Positions 7,917 to 17,485 of a stretch of 64,000 nt of DNA are shown in pieces (within the stretch, counting starts at the first letter, position 1; every line of letters begins with the position of its first letter). Source of the stretch: Abditibacterium sp. (GTDB lineage: Bacteria; Armatimonadota; Abditibacteriia; Abditibacteriales; Abditibacteriaceae). The position numbers were made by a program, and so were the translations under genes. The notes under the pieces were generated by a model, which had not been told where the DNA came from, searched no databases, and worked only from the letters and a program-made list of their open reading frames with translations. The stretch is taken from positions 96,001 to 160,000 of the forward strand of contig CBDASK010000003.1 of the NCBI GenBank assembly GCA_965199495.1, read 5' to 3'.

Positions 7917-10900
7917 CTAATCATCAAACGAAGTCAACACGACTTGATTATAAAGCCGTTGAATATCTGGCCAAACCTCGGTTAATCCCAAATGTGCCGC
8001 GAAAATCGCGTCGCTTTTATCGGTGACAGCGCGGCATTTAGCGAGATTATAATTGCCAACATTCTTTCCGGCGTTGCGTTTGAAACTGACGTTGGTTTGC
8101 ATTGCTGTTTCCAATTCGGCAACTAACGGTTGTAAGCGCGCGTGAACGTCGTTCGGTATCTCCGCAAGATTCAACGGGAAATTGGCAAACATCCATTTGG
8201 TCACATCGAAGTCGTCGCCCACTATTGCCCAGTAAGCAAATTGAATTTTTCCATTTAAAAACAGAAGCGCGGCTTCTTGGGTTTTCTTGTCAACGAAATA
8301 AACAGTTCCAAACTTGGTGTGACTAATGGGTTTATCGTTCGCGTCGTAGCAAGGCGGCAATTGACGACAAAAGCAAAGCCAGTTATACGCCGACTTTTTG
8401 AAGTGCAACGGATAACTTTTCTGCGAACTGGCTAACGAGGCTTCGATAGTCAAAGGTTTAGCGTTAAGCCGTTCAAATTCTTTAGTCAAAGCGGACGTAT
8501 TTGTTTTGGGAATCAAATCATTCCACGCAGTCGGATTGTAAGCGGAAAAGCTCAGGCTTTCGATAAGATGCGGGCGAAAGTCTTCAAACCAACGGTGCAA
8601 ACGCGTGGTATAATTGGCGCTATCGCCGGTTTTGCTGCCCAGCCAAATGACGTTTCGCACACGCACATCGGCGGCGAAAAGCGCGGCGGGAATGCGCGCG
8701 AACGACGAAAACCAATTGCGTTGATAATCGGCAACGAGCATTTTCCGGCAAGTCTCAAATGTTCCCGAAAAGGAAAGGCTCAACGGAACAATCATACCGG
8801 CGCGACAATTCGCATTGCCGATGTTTTTCACGCGTTCCAAAACCCACGCATAAATATCGCTGGCGCGCTCGGTTTGGTAGCCGCGAACCGTATAAACCTT
8901 TTTCGCGTTCGATGCTGCGACATACGGCGGGTTGCCGATGATTACGTCGAAGCCGCCGTTTTGCAGGACGTTGTAAAATTCGGCACACCAGTGAAACGGT
9001 TGGTGGCTTTCTTTCCAATCGGCGTAAAGTGCGGGTTGCGATTTGGGCATCTGGGCGTAGAGGCCGCCCAGAAATTGATCGAAACTTTCGATGAGATGAT
9101 CGTGGCTTTGCTCCAACGCGCGTTTGGTTTGGAGCGGGATTTGACCGTCGCGTTTTTGGGTTTCGCGGAAGCGTTCGAGGTCGGCGCCGTAAGCGCGCGT
9201 TTCGGCAGCCACGTCGTCCCACGCAATGCCCAGCGCCAGTTGTTCGATGGCGGCTTTGTGGGCTTCTTCGAGCGTGGCGAAACCCACGAGCGTGTTGCCC
9301 GCGCGAATGTTGAAATCAATATCGGGCAGCGGTTGAATGCCCAGATTGGGTTTGTCGCCTTGCGGCGTGGCTTGCGAGGCGAGCTTGAGAAACAGCCGCA
9401 ATTTGCAAATCTCGACCGCCTCGCCCATGATGTCCACGCCATAAAGATTGGAGACCATCATTTTCTTGAAGGTCATGTAACCGCGATTGGCTTCGGCGTC
9501 CATTTCGCGCACTTTGTCGCGGAACTCTTCGACGCGCCCCTTCAACAAATGCGAATGTTTGGCGCTGCGTTCATCGAAATCTTCGACGACTTCATCCATG
9601 CGCGCCAACACTTCGCGGTAGAGCGGCTCCAAAATGTTCATCGCCGCGAACAAAAACGCGCCGCTTCCCACCGTCGGATCGAGGATGGTGACGTTTTCGA
9701 GCGCCTGCCACATTCTCCAAACTTCGTCCTGCGTTTCGAGGTTAGCGATAACATCGCTCATCCAAAGTTCGATATCGAGATTATGCGTGATGAGGTCGGC
9801 GACGGAATCGAATTGGACATTTTCGCCGTCACGCCGTAAATCCCCCGTAGGGGCGGGGTTCCCCCGCCCCAAACGTGCGGCGTCATCATCGTCATGGCGT
9901 TCGACATCGGCGCGCCGAATATTTGCGTCGTTACCATCGGCGTTATGTTTTGGGCGGGCGTTATGTTTTGGTCGGGGGAACCCCGCCCCTACGGGGGATT
10001 TACGGTCGTCATAATTGCGTCCCGTAGGGGCGGGGTTCTCCCGCTCAAAACGTCCATTGGTGTCAACGTTTGGCTCCGCGTCATCGCCCATTTCGCCCAC
10101 CAAAGCGAAATAACGCTGTCGGCGCGCGACGACTTCACGCCAGATTTCGGTGGGCAAACCCAAATCGCTGGTCGCGGTTTCGTTCCAGCGCCCGCGAGCA
10201 GCCACGTCGCGCAGGCCTGCGTGAATAAAGTCGGGCAAATCCAATTCGCAGCCGTATTTGACGGCGCTATAAACGTAGCGCGCCGTGTTGTGGCGCACCA
10301 AATCGAGCGCGCGATTGGCATCGGGCGCGGCCTTTTCAAACAGAAACGGCAGAATCGAATTGCGCGCGATGTAGCCGGTAATATCTTCTTTGGTGTAATA
10401 GGCGCCCATCTGTTTCTGGTTGATGAACTTCTCGAAAACGTAGCCTAAAACGTCGGGATTAATCTCGTTCCCGTCGCGCGTGGGCCGGTCGTCCAAGACC
10501 CATTTATAGGTATCGAAAAACTCGAACAATCCTTTGAAAAACGCATCGTCAATGCCGACGTGGCTGGTCTCGAAGTCGCGCCGCGCGAACAATCCGCCGT
10601 TGAGATAAATCAGATCGCCAAAGACGGCGAATCCGCGTTTATCGTCGTCGCCTTTGCCCGCAAAACGGTCGTCGCGCCGTTTGGAAAGAACCTCGAAAAA
10701 GAGCGGACACAAAAAGCCCCGGTAAAAATCGTCGCCGTCTTGGAGGCGCGCATCGGCGTTGTCGAAGTGGTTGCGCAGATACGCGGTATCGCCCAGCAAA
10801 AAACCTTTGGCCTGCATGAAATACAAAAACATCAAGCGCGTCAGCGTGAGCGAGGCGTATTCGTCTTTGACGCGGCCATCCAAACCATCGAGAAAAGTCA

Positions 10901-11411
10901 AAAGTGCGTCGCGTTGTTTTTTGAAGCCGTCGTAGAATTTCTTGGAAACGTTGTCAACGTCAAAATTGCGATTGATGCGCGCCGCGATTTCGATAATGCC
11001 AAAGCCGCCGCGCTCGCCCGCCTTGATTTCTTCGTCGAGCGAAATGCCCAAACCTTTGAGCCGCGAAATTAAATCGTCGAACGAATGCGAATTGGGATAA
11101 GGCCCGAAGCGATTAAATTTGTTGGCTTTGCCGATTTCGCGTTTGGAAAATTGCCAGAGTTGCGAATTTTCGTCGTGCCAGACGATGAGGTGTTCGGCGG
11201 CAAATTTGGCGAGTTGGTTATCGAGATCGAGCGCAGTTACGCGCGATAATTCGTTTAAATCGGGAAGTTGGCAAACGAAAACGGGCAGTCCGCCTTTGCT
11301 GGCGATGGCTTTAAATTGGTGTCCGTCAATGATTTGGGTTTTGTCGAAATTGTCCCAACCAAGTTGGATAAAAAGTTCTTTAAATTTGTGAGAACAAAGC
11401 AATTCGCGCAT
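7917..11411 (-). CDS. Eco57I/type IIG-like N6-adenine DNA methyltransferase with in-frame REP insertion
   Basis: YLNGGLF, GAYYT, DPTVGSGAFL (SAM binding), YGVDI, FDVIIGNPPY (catalytic) motifs; C-terminal putative target-recognition region. Confidence 0.88.
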   Translation of the reverse strand: MRELLCSHKFKELFIQLGWDNFDKTQIIDGHQFKAIASKGGLPVFVCQLPDLNELSRVTALDLDNQLAKFAAEHLIVWHDENSQLWQFSKREIGKANKFNRFGPYPNSHSFDDLISRLKGLGISLDEEIKAGERGGFGIIEIAARINRNFDVDNVSKKFYDGFKKQRDALLTFLDGLDGRVKDEYASLTLTRLMFLYFMQAKGFLLGDTAYLRNHFDNADARLQDGDDFYRGFLCPLFFEVLSKRRDDRFAGKGDDDKRGFAVFGDLIYLNGGLFARRDFETSHVGIDDAFFKGLFEFFDTYKWVLDDRPTRDGNEINPDVLGYVFEKFINQKQMGAYYTKEDITGYIARNSILPFLFEKAAPDANRALDLVRHNTARYVYSAVKYGCELDLPDFIHAGLRDVAARGRWNETATSDLGLPTEIWREVVARRQRYFALVGEMGDDAEPNVDTNGRFERENPAPTGRNYDDRKSPVGAGFPRPKHNARPKHNADGNDANIRRADVERHDDDDAARLGRGNPAPTGDLRRDGENVQFDSVADLITHNLDIELWMSDVIANLETQDEVWRMWQALENVTILDPTVGSGAFLFAAMNILEPLYREVLARMDEVVEDFDERSAKHSHLLKGRVEEFRDKVREMDAEANRGYMTFKKMMVSNLYGVDIMGEAVEICKLRLFLKLASQATPQGDKPNLGIQPLPDIDFNIRAGNTLVGFATLEEAHKAAIEQLALGIAWDDVAAETRAYGADLERFRETQKRDGQIPLQTKRALEQSHDHLIESFDQFLGGLYAQMPKSQPALYADWKESHQPFHWCAEFYNVLQNGGFDVIIGNPPYVAASNAKKVYTVRGYQTERASDIYAWVLERVKNIGNANCRAGMIVPLSLSFSGTFETCRKMLVADYQRNWFSSFARIPAALFAADVRVRNVIWLGSKTGDSANYTTRLHRWFEDFRPHLIESLSFSAYNPTAWNDLIPKTNTSALTKEFERLNAKPLTIEASLASSQKSYPLHFKKSAYNWLCFCRQLPPCYDANDKPISHTKFGTVYFVDKKTQEAALLFLNGKIQFAYWAIVGDDFDVTKWMFANFPLNLAEIPNDVHARLQPLVAELETAMQTNVSFKRNAGKNVGNYNLAKCRAVTDKSDAIFAAHLGLTEVWPDIQRLYNQVVLTSFDD
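9835..10046. repeat. Cluster of three GTAG-type REPs (CCCGTAGGGGCGGGGTTCCCCCGCCC) inside the methyltransferase ORF
   Basis: Units at about 9844-9870 (+), 9970-9996 (-) and 10021-10046 (+); the first two share a mirrored CGTAAATCCC flank. Confidence 0.9.
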
Positions 11412-11441
11412 AGGGCGTCAAGTTTACGTTTTTTCTTTTGT

Positions 11442-11458
11442 CCACAAAGAACACAAAG
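11442..11458 (+). repeat. Solitary arm of family C repeat (CCACAAAGAACACAAAG)
   Basis: Near-identical to the arm start at 14955. Confidence 0.45.
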
Positions 11459-11518
11459 GATCAGAGTTCTAAATCACGCCACGTCAATTTAACTTGACAA
11501 TTGGCGGGCGCGCCAAAC

Positions 11519-11527
11519 TGTTACACT
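11519..11527 (+). promoter_or_regulatory. Possible extended -10 element (TGtTACACT) upstream of the NYN gene
   Basis: TGn-TACACT; the TTGACA at 11494 is 22 nt away, too far for a canonical -35. Confidence 0.35.
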
Positions 11528-11810
11528 TGCAACCGAAAACGGTGTTTTCGCGTGTGGCTGGCCTTTTTGGGAGAAACGACAAACGTTCTCCTCCCAATTT
11601 TTTAGCGCACCGGACGCCGCGCGGCAGGTTTTTCTTCTTTATTCCCGTTGTCAAAGAGGCTCGTCACACGAGCGCACATAGAAAAACTTCAACGCGCGGC
11701 GCCCTTCATTTTGCGGCAGATAACACAATTTATTTGTTTCCGGTGCGCGACTTTGGCTCTTTCCCCTTCGATCATCCCGTTTTCCATTTAACCGAATAAG
11801 GAAAGAAATT

Positions 11811-13769
11811 TTGGAAAATTCCAACAGTCTGGGCGGCGCGCGCATCGCGCTGCTCATCGACTTCGACAACGTGATTCTGGGCATTGACGAACCCGGATTT
11901 GACATCGAACTCGTGGTCAACGCTCTGCGCGAACGTGGCACAATTACCGTTTCGCGCGTTTACGGCGATTGGTATCGCCACTCTCGTCATCGCCGCCGCC
12001 TCATGGAACACGGCGTCGAACTGGTCGAAGCTCCGGCTTTCGGGCCGGTCATCAAAAACTCCGCCGACATCAAAATCGCCCTCGACGGCTACGAAATCGG
12101 CATGACAATGCCGCACATCAACACGTTTTGTCTGGTGTCGGGCGACTCCGATTTTTTGCCGCTCATCAAGAAATTGCAGGGTCTGGGCAAAAACGTTTTG
12201 GTCATCTGCGGCAACCGCTTCACCTCGGATATGTTGCGGCGCAACTGCAACGAGTTCATCTCGTATGAGAATTTATTGGCCGCCTCTTACGGCGCCGACG
12301 AAGACGCCACAACTTTGGAAGGCGCGTTTGCGCTTTTGCATCGCGCGATGGCGGCGCTGCGCGAACGCGGCTCAGAAATTCGGACTTCGACGCTAAAACA
12401 GATGATGATTCAGCTCAACCCGGTGTTTTCGGAGAAAACGTTTGGCTACAACCAATTTCGCGGATTTTTGGATAAAGCCGGGCGCGAAAATCTGATCAAA
12501 CTTGGCCCGCGCGACCGCGTTTCGGGTGAGTTTTACGTTTTGTTGCCCGAAGAAGACGAAGCGCAGGTCATCGAGCAAATCGAGCGCGCCGAACCCGCGC
12601 AGGTCGTCGAAGAAATCGTCGAGGCGCGCCGTGGCAATAATAATCGCAATCGCCGCGAAGACAAAACGCGCGACGAAAAAGAGGAGCGCCCCAATCGGCG
12701 TGCCAAAGAACCACGCGCCGACGAAGAGCCACCGCGCCCACGTTCGCGTCGCGAAGCGCGATTGTTGGCGCATCAGGAACTGGAACAACAGGAAGTCGCC
12801 GAGCCACAAGATACGACGGCTCCAGCAGTTCCGCTCGCCTCGCCGTTGACGCCCGCGACCGATTTTTCGCCCGCCGATGCGAGCGAAACGCGGCAGATGT
12901 CTATCTCGCGCGGCGAACTCTTGTCGCGCGGTTTGCGCGTCGGCAAATTCAAGTTTTCCGGCGCCAAAGGCATCGAGAAAATCGAAGCGCGCGTTGAATC
13001 GGCGGAAGAATCGAGGATCGAACCCGACATCGCGCTGACGCCGCAAGATATGGAAGCGCAAATGACGGAAACGCCAGAGGTGGAAACGGAAGTTGCCGCA
13101 ACGCCCGCAACTGAAATGGCGGAAAAATCGAAACGTTCGCGCTCACGCCGTCGCAAGAAAACGATGGAAGCTGTGGAAAGCCCGGCAACTGAAGCACCGG
13201 CAGATGAAGTGGAAACCATTGAAGTCGAAGCGGCAAACGTCGGGGCGCAACCCGTCGAAACTGACGTAGCGACCGAAAGCGTCACAACAGCAGCCACGCC
13301 GGAGAGCGAAGTTGCGCCCGCCGAAAAAAAGCCGCGTCGCCGTTCGCGCTCGAAAGCCAAAACCAAGACCGAAGAAGCTGAAGCTACGCCAACCGAAACG
13401 GCAACCGACGAAACGTCAGTTGCCGAAGTCGAAGCGACGCCCGAAGCGACAACGCCAGAAAAGCCCAAGCGCACGCGGCGCCGCAAGAAAACCGAAAGCC
13501 AAGAGGAGACTCAACCGATGAACGAATCCGAAAAAGCCGTCGAAGCCGATGGAACCGAACACACCATTTCGACCGAAGCGCTAATCGCGGCCAGCGCCGA
13601 CACGCCCGCCGCGCAAAAGCCGAAACCGCGTAGCCGTCGCACCGCGCGCAAAGCCACCGATGAAGCCGCCGGAGTTAGAACTGCGATTGACGAAAAAATC
13701 GTGACGACCGACGAAACGACGGATAAAATGACGCAAATCCCCGTTCCAGTCAGCGAAGACGAAATGTAA
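11811..13769 (+). CDS. NYN (LabA/DUF88 PIN-like) ribonuclease with OST-HTH/LOTUS domain and long disordered C-terminus
   Basis: IALLIDFDN, KNSADIKIALD, LVSGDSDFLPL, FSEKTFGYNQFRGFL; TTG start preceded by AAGGAAAG. Confidence 0.87.
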   Translation: MENSNSLGGARIALLIDFDNVILGIDEPGFDIELVVNALRERGTITVSRVYGDWYRHSRHRRRLMEHGVELVEAPAFGPVIKNSADIKIALDGYEIGMTMPHINTFCLVSGDSDFLPLIKKLQGLGKNVLVICGNRFTSDMLRRNCNEFISYENLLAASYGADEDATTLEGAFALLHRAMAALRERGSEIRTSTLKQMMIQLNPVFSEKTFGYNQFRGFLDKAGRENLIKLGPRDRVSGEFYVLLPEEDEAQVIEQIERAEPAQVVEEIVEARRGNNNRNRREDKTRDEKEERPNRRAKEPRADEEPPRPRSRREARLLAHQELEQQEVAEPQDTTAPAVPLASPLTPATDFSPADASETRQMSISRGELLSRGLRVGKFKFSGAKGIEKIEARVESAEESRIEPDIALTPQDMEAQMTETPEVETEVAATPATEMAEKSKRSRSRRRKKTMEAVESPATEAPADEVETIEVEAANVGAQPVETDVATESVTTAATPESEVAPAEKKPRRRSRSKAKTKTEEAEATPTETATDETSVAEVEATPEATTPEKPKRTRRRKKTESQEETQPMNESEKAVEADGTEHTISTEALIAASADTPAAQKPKPRSRRTARKATDEAAGVRTAIDEKIVTTDETTDKMTQIPVPVSEDEM

Positions 13770-13803
13770 AAAATGGATAAAGGCGAGAAGCACAACAGTC
13801 GGT

Positions 13804-13949
13804 CTCGCCTGTCATTTCGAGCGGAGCCGAGAAATCTTGTGCCCGCGCGGCAGCGCAAGTTCAAGCGATTTTTACGTTTAAGCTCGCGCATCTTTTCCGC
13901 TGGCGCGGGGCCGACAGATTTCTCGGCTTCGCTCGAAATGACAGGCGAG
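13804..13949. repeat. Palindromic element family A (reverse orientation)
   Basis: CTCGCCT-GTCATTTCGAGCGG...CTCGAAATGAC-AGGCGAG. Confidence 0.9.
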
Positions 13950-13986
13950 GTCAGAAGCTCACTCCTTACCTTTTTACCCATTCCAC

Positions 13987-14940
13987 ATGTCTCCCGCCGA
14001 ACTCAAAACCCAACTCGTCGCGCGCGCGCAGGAATTGGGTTTTGTCGCGTGTGGCGTCGCGCAGGCCGCGCCCTCGCAGACAGCTTCACAATTAGAAAAG
14101 TGGCTGGGCAGCAGTTATCACGCGGGCATGGCGTGGATGAACAAGCCGGAATCGAGGGAAAAACGCGCCGACATTCGCCAAATGTTGCCCAACGCGCAAT
14201 CGGTCGTCGCTGTGGCGATGTTGTATCGCACCGACGCCGAGTGGGACGCCGAAACGATGGGCGAAATCGCGCGTTACGCACGCGGCGACGATTATCACGA
14301 TTGGATGAAAGCACGTTTGCACGAACTGCTGGCGTGGGTTAAAGACGCAAGCGGTTGCCAAGGTTTGGCGTGTGTAGATACGGCGCCGGTTTTAGAACGC
14401 GAATGGGCGCAACGGGCGGGCATCGGTTGGATCGGCAAAAATTCGCTGTTGATGAGCCGCGCGTTCGGCTCCTACGTTTTGCTGGGCGAACTGGTTCTCG
14501 ACATCGAATTGCCGCCCGACGAACCGCACATCGAAGAGTTTTGCGGCACCTGCACGCGCTGCATTGACGCGTGTCCGACCGACGCGCTGATCGAGCCACG
14601 CGTGCTGGATTCCAACAAATGTATCGCGTATCACACGATTGAAAATCGCGAATTGGCGACGATTGTGTTGCGCGAAAATTTCGGCGACCAAGTTTTCGGT
14701 TGCGATATTTGCCAACAAGTTTGTCCGTGGAACCAAAAAGCCGAGCGCGATGAAGTTTTTTCCGATGAACCAGAAAAATGGACGCGCCCGCAAATGCCCG
14801 CTTTGCACGAATGGATTGATATTCCACAAGACGAGTTTTCGGCGCGCTTGAAAAATAGTCCGATTAAACGCGCCAAACGGCGCGGCATGCGGCGCAACGC
14901 GGCGCGGGCGTTAAAGAATCGGCGAGAAAGCCAAATTTAA
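13987..14940 (+). CDS. queG: Epoxyqueuosine reductase
   Basis: RYARGDDYH, VDTAPVLER, GWIGKN, CGTCTRCIDACPT, FGCDICQQVCPWN. Confidence 0.95.
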   Translation: MSPAELKTQLVARAQELGFVACGVAQAAPSQTASQLEKWLGSSYHAGMAWMNKPESREKRADIRQMLPNAQSVVAVAMLYRTDAEWDAETMGEIARYARGDDYHDWMKARLHELLAWVKDASGCQGLACVDTAPVLEREWAQRAGIGWIGKNSLLMSRAFGSYVLLGELVLDIELPPDEPHIEEFCGTCTRCIDACPTDALIEPRVLDSNKCIAYHTIENRELATIVLRENFGDQVFGCDICQQVCPWNQKAERDEVFSDEPEKWTRPQMPALHEWIDIPQDEFSARLKNSPIKRAKRRGMRRNAARALKNRRESQI

Positions 14941-14950
14941 ACTTTTGTTT

Positions 14951-15152
14951 TTAACCACAAAGAGCACAAAGAGTGTTTGATGCCGCTTGAGTTGAGGCGT
15001 AAATTAGAAGTTGGCGGGCCGTTTTTCTTTTTAGTTGGTGACTCGAAACTTCTTCTTGACCAACTAAAAACAAAAAATCAACGGCCCACCAACTTCTAAT
15101 TTACGCCTCAACTCAAGCGGCATCAAACACTCTTTGTGCTCTTTGTGGTTAA
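14951..15152. repeat. Long palindromic element family C (TTAACCACAAAGAGCACAAAG ends)
   Basis: About 89-bp arms, first 64 bp perfect, about 20-nt loop, between convergent genes. Confidence 0.92.
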
Positions 15153-15178
15153 TTTAAGTCGTTCATTCAGCTTACAAG

Positions 15179-15520
15179 TTAGCTTTCGTCGCGGGCGTGA
15201 ACGTGCGCGGGCGGGGCCGTGGCTTCGACGGCGGAGAAGGCTTCGATGATTTTATAAGTATGGCTGGCGCCCTGCGGCACGACCCACGAATCGCCGGTTT
15301 CGAGCGTCACCATTTGGCCTTCGAGATGCAATTCGGCTTTGCCGCTCAACACGTAGCCAACGGTTTCGTATTCGCGCGACTCGGCGGGTTTGGGTTCGCC
15401 GGGTTGTTCGTTTTCCCACAAACGCATCGCAACGGATTTGCCCGACGCGAGATATTTCTGTCCCATCTGACCCTGCGGCGAGTTTTGGGAATCCACTTTA
15501 GTAACAGTTGTATCGCTCAT
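15179..15520 (-). CDS. Cupin domain protein
   Basis: YETVGYVLSGKAEL...GDSWVVPQGASHTY cupin motifs; GGAGA RBS before MSDTT. Confidence 0.88.
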   Translation of the reverse strand: MSDTTVTKVDSQNSPQGQMGQKYLASGKSVAMRLWENEQPGEPKPAESREYETVGYVLSGKAELHLEGQMVTLETGDSWVVPQGASHTYKIIEAFSAVEATAPPAHVHARDES

Positions 15521-15630
15521 GATGTTTTGTCTCCGATATTTTTCGGGAGAATCGAAGTTAGCCCTTGCAAAGAATGTTCCGAGCGGGTAAAATTTCCCCT
15601 TGTTCGCAAACGCAAGTTTGTGACACGCGG

Positions 15631-15714
15631 GCCTCTGTGGCGGAATTGGCAGACGCGCTGGACTCAAAATCCAGTTCCCGTGAGGGAGTGTCGGTTCGAT
15701 TCCGACCGGAGGTA
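15631..15714 (+). tRNA. tRNA-Leu(CAA), CCA not encoded
   Basis: Acceptor GCCTCTG/CGGAGGT, anticodon arm CTGGA-CTCAAAA-TCCAG, long variable arm, T arm GTCGG-TTCGATT-CCGAC. Confidence 0.96.
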
Positions 15715-15739
15715 GTTTCAAATTCATATAGGCCCAAAC

Positions 15740-15782
15740 AAAACCCGCGCACTTTTTACAAAGTGCGCGGGTTTTTGTTTTT
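15740..15782. terminator. Bidirectional Rho-independent terminator
   Basis: AAAACCCGCGCACTTT...AAAGTGCGCGGGTTTT between the convergent tRNA and Rrf2 gene. Confidence 0.85.
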
Positions 15783-15794
15783 CTGCGTCCGATT

Positions 15795-16232
15795 CTAAGG
15801 CTCCGCTTTTACGGTGTCACCAATTTTCTCGGCGACATCGGCGAGCGTGATAGCGGAAAATTCGCGTTCGACGGCGGCGGCGGCGGTTCGCGAAATGTCG
15901 CGCAAAACGCCTTCGATTTCGCGTCCGACGCAACAGGCCTGAGCGGGCGGATTGGGATGACTGCCAAAGGTCTCGATGTCACCAGCCACGGCGTGATGGA
16001 TTTCGGCGAGCGTGATCTGATGCGCTGGCTTTTTCAAACGCGTGCCGCCGCCGGGGCCACGCTGCGTCTCGACCAAACCGGCGGTTTTGAGGTCGAGCAA
16101 CATGCGCCGGATGACCACCGCGTTGGTGTTGATGGTGAAAGCCAGCTTTTCCGACGAGAGATTCTCGTCGGGAGAAAGCGCCAACACACTGAGTAAATGG
16201 ACGCCAAAAGCGAACCGACAGTTTGCAGCCAT
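15795..16232 (-). CDS. Rrf2 family transcriptional regulator
   Basis: RFAFGVHLL, SSEKLA, TNAVVIRR, GLVETQRGPGGG, ITLAEI. Confidence 0.9.
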   Translation of the reverse strand: MAANCRFAFGVHLLSVLALSPDENLSSEKLAFTINTNAVVIRRMLLDLKTAGLVETQRGPGGGTRLKKPAHQITLAEIHHAVAGDIETFGSHPNPPAQACCVGREIEGVLRDISRTAAAAVEREFSAITLADVAEKIGDTVKAEP

Positions 16233-16276
16233 AGCGATAATTTGGGACGCTTTTAGTTAAGACAACAAATGTAAAG

Positions 16277-17353
16277 TTAACAAGAGCGTTTTAAGTCGCG
16301 ACTTTGATTTCGGTTAATGGGTGGAAGTTGCGCGCGCCCCCGACATTTTGCTGCGCCTAACGCCACAACGATCAAAACCAGCGGCAAATACGTTGACCAG
16401 CACAAAGGCGCGCACCACGCGGCGGCAACGGTAAGGAGCGCCACCCGCCAACGTATTTCCAAACGTTTCGTCGCCAGCAACGTTGCCAATGGCCCGCCGA
16501 TGGAAGCGCCGCTCAGCCACAATTTTGGCAAACCCACGAGCGGCCCACCCGCATAGTGCCAACCCAACAACGCAGCCACGCGCAAGACGCCCATCGAAAA
16601 CGAATAATTATCGGGATTAAAAGTGCCCTGCCCGGCAATCGGCAAAACCGCGTGCGCCCATTGCGCATACGAATCGGGGCCGCAAACGAGGGCGCCCAGC
16701 ACCAGACCCAACGCGCCGACGACGATGGCGCCGCCCCAAATCTGCGCGCGACCTTCGTCTTTGCCGACCGAAAATAATGGCCACGCCGCGTAAATTTTGA
16801 TTAGGCTCGCGACGCCCAAAACGGCGCCACTGCCCGCGCGTGGCTCCTTGGCACGCAAAGCAATCGCCCACACGCCCCATGCGCTGAGAAACCATAACAA
16901 CGGATCGATTTGGCCCAGCGCAAGCGCGCGCGCTGAGCCGGGAAACACGCGAATCAGCGCCAGCCAGCCGATAAAGCTCCAAAAGCCAAATCGTTCGCTC
17001 AATAAGCTCAGGCAAAGAGCGAAGCCCACAAATGACGCGACTAAACCGAGCGTCCAAATTTTGGCAAAAGTCAGCCACGGCAAGCGACCCATCGGCGCGA
17101 TGGCGGCGGCGAACGGCGGTGGATACAAATACTCGAACGGTTTGGAATCGGGGCCGTAATGGGGGCGCGGCGTATAGAGCGGACGACCCGCATTGACGTT
17201 ACGCGCGGCGCGAAAATAAAGCACCATGTCGCGCCTTTGGTCGGCGCGATAAAACGTCGGAATCGCCGCGTGTTGAATCCATAACGCGATTAAAGCCAGC
17301 GCCAGAAGGCGCGCGAGCCAGACGAGAATGAGGCGCGGCAGGAGAGATTGCAT
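16277..17353 (-). CDS. Glycosyltransferase family 87 (DUF2029) membrane protein
   Basis: YLYPPPFA, LGQID, IKIY motifs; multiple TM helices; start uncertain. Confidence 0.8.
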   Translation of the reverse strand: MQSLLPRLILVWLARLLALALIALWIQHAAIPTFYRADQRRDMVLYFRAARNVNAGRPLYTPRPHYGPDSKPFEYLYPPPFAAAIAPMGRLPWLTFAKIWTLGLVASFVGFALCLSLLSERFGFWSFIGWLALIRVFPGSARALALGQIDPLLWFLSAWGVWAIALRAKEPRAGSGAVLGVASLIKIYAAWPLFSVGKDEGRAQIWGGAIVVGALGLVLGALVCGPDSYAQWAHAVLPIAGQGTFNPDNYSFSMGVLRVAALLGWHYAGGPLVGLPKLWLSGASIGGPLATLLATKRLEIRWRVALLTVAAAWCAPLCWSTYLPLVLIVVALGAAKCRGRAQLPPINRNQSRDLKRSC

Positions 17354-17485
17354 TGGAATTTCGCTGGAGATTCGCACGATGTTCGCCCGAATCTCCAGCG
17401 CGCATTTAAGTCAATTTAGCTTGCCATCCCAAGCGAACTTTGCAAAGCGAACTCTGGCGCGTTTATCGCTCATGCGCGCGGCTCT

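Noticed and set aside
11528..11810. Riboswitch or ncRNA in the long leader of the NYN gene
   Set aside because: No recognisable aptamer or convincing structure by eye; would need a covariance-model search.
13511..14342. ORFs 13511-13981, 13773-14342 and similar ones over repeats (5654-5987, 18896-19309, 31795-32005)
   Set aside because: Translations of palindromic elements or shadows of real genes.
15631..15714. tRNA-Leu as island integration site
   Set aside because: No integrase nearby and no duplicated tRNA 3' end seen in the window.
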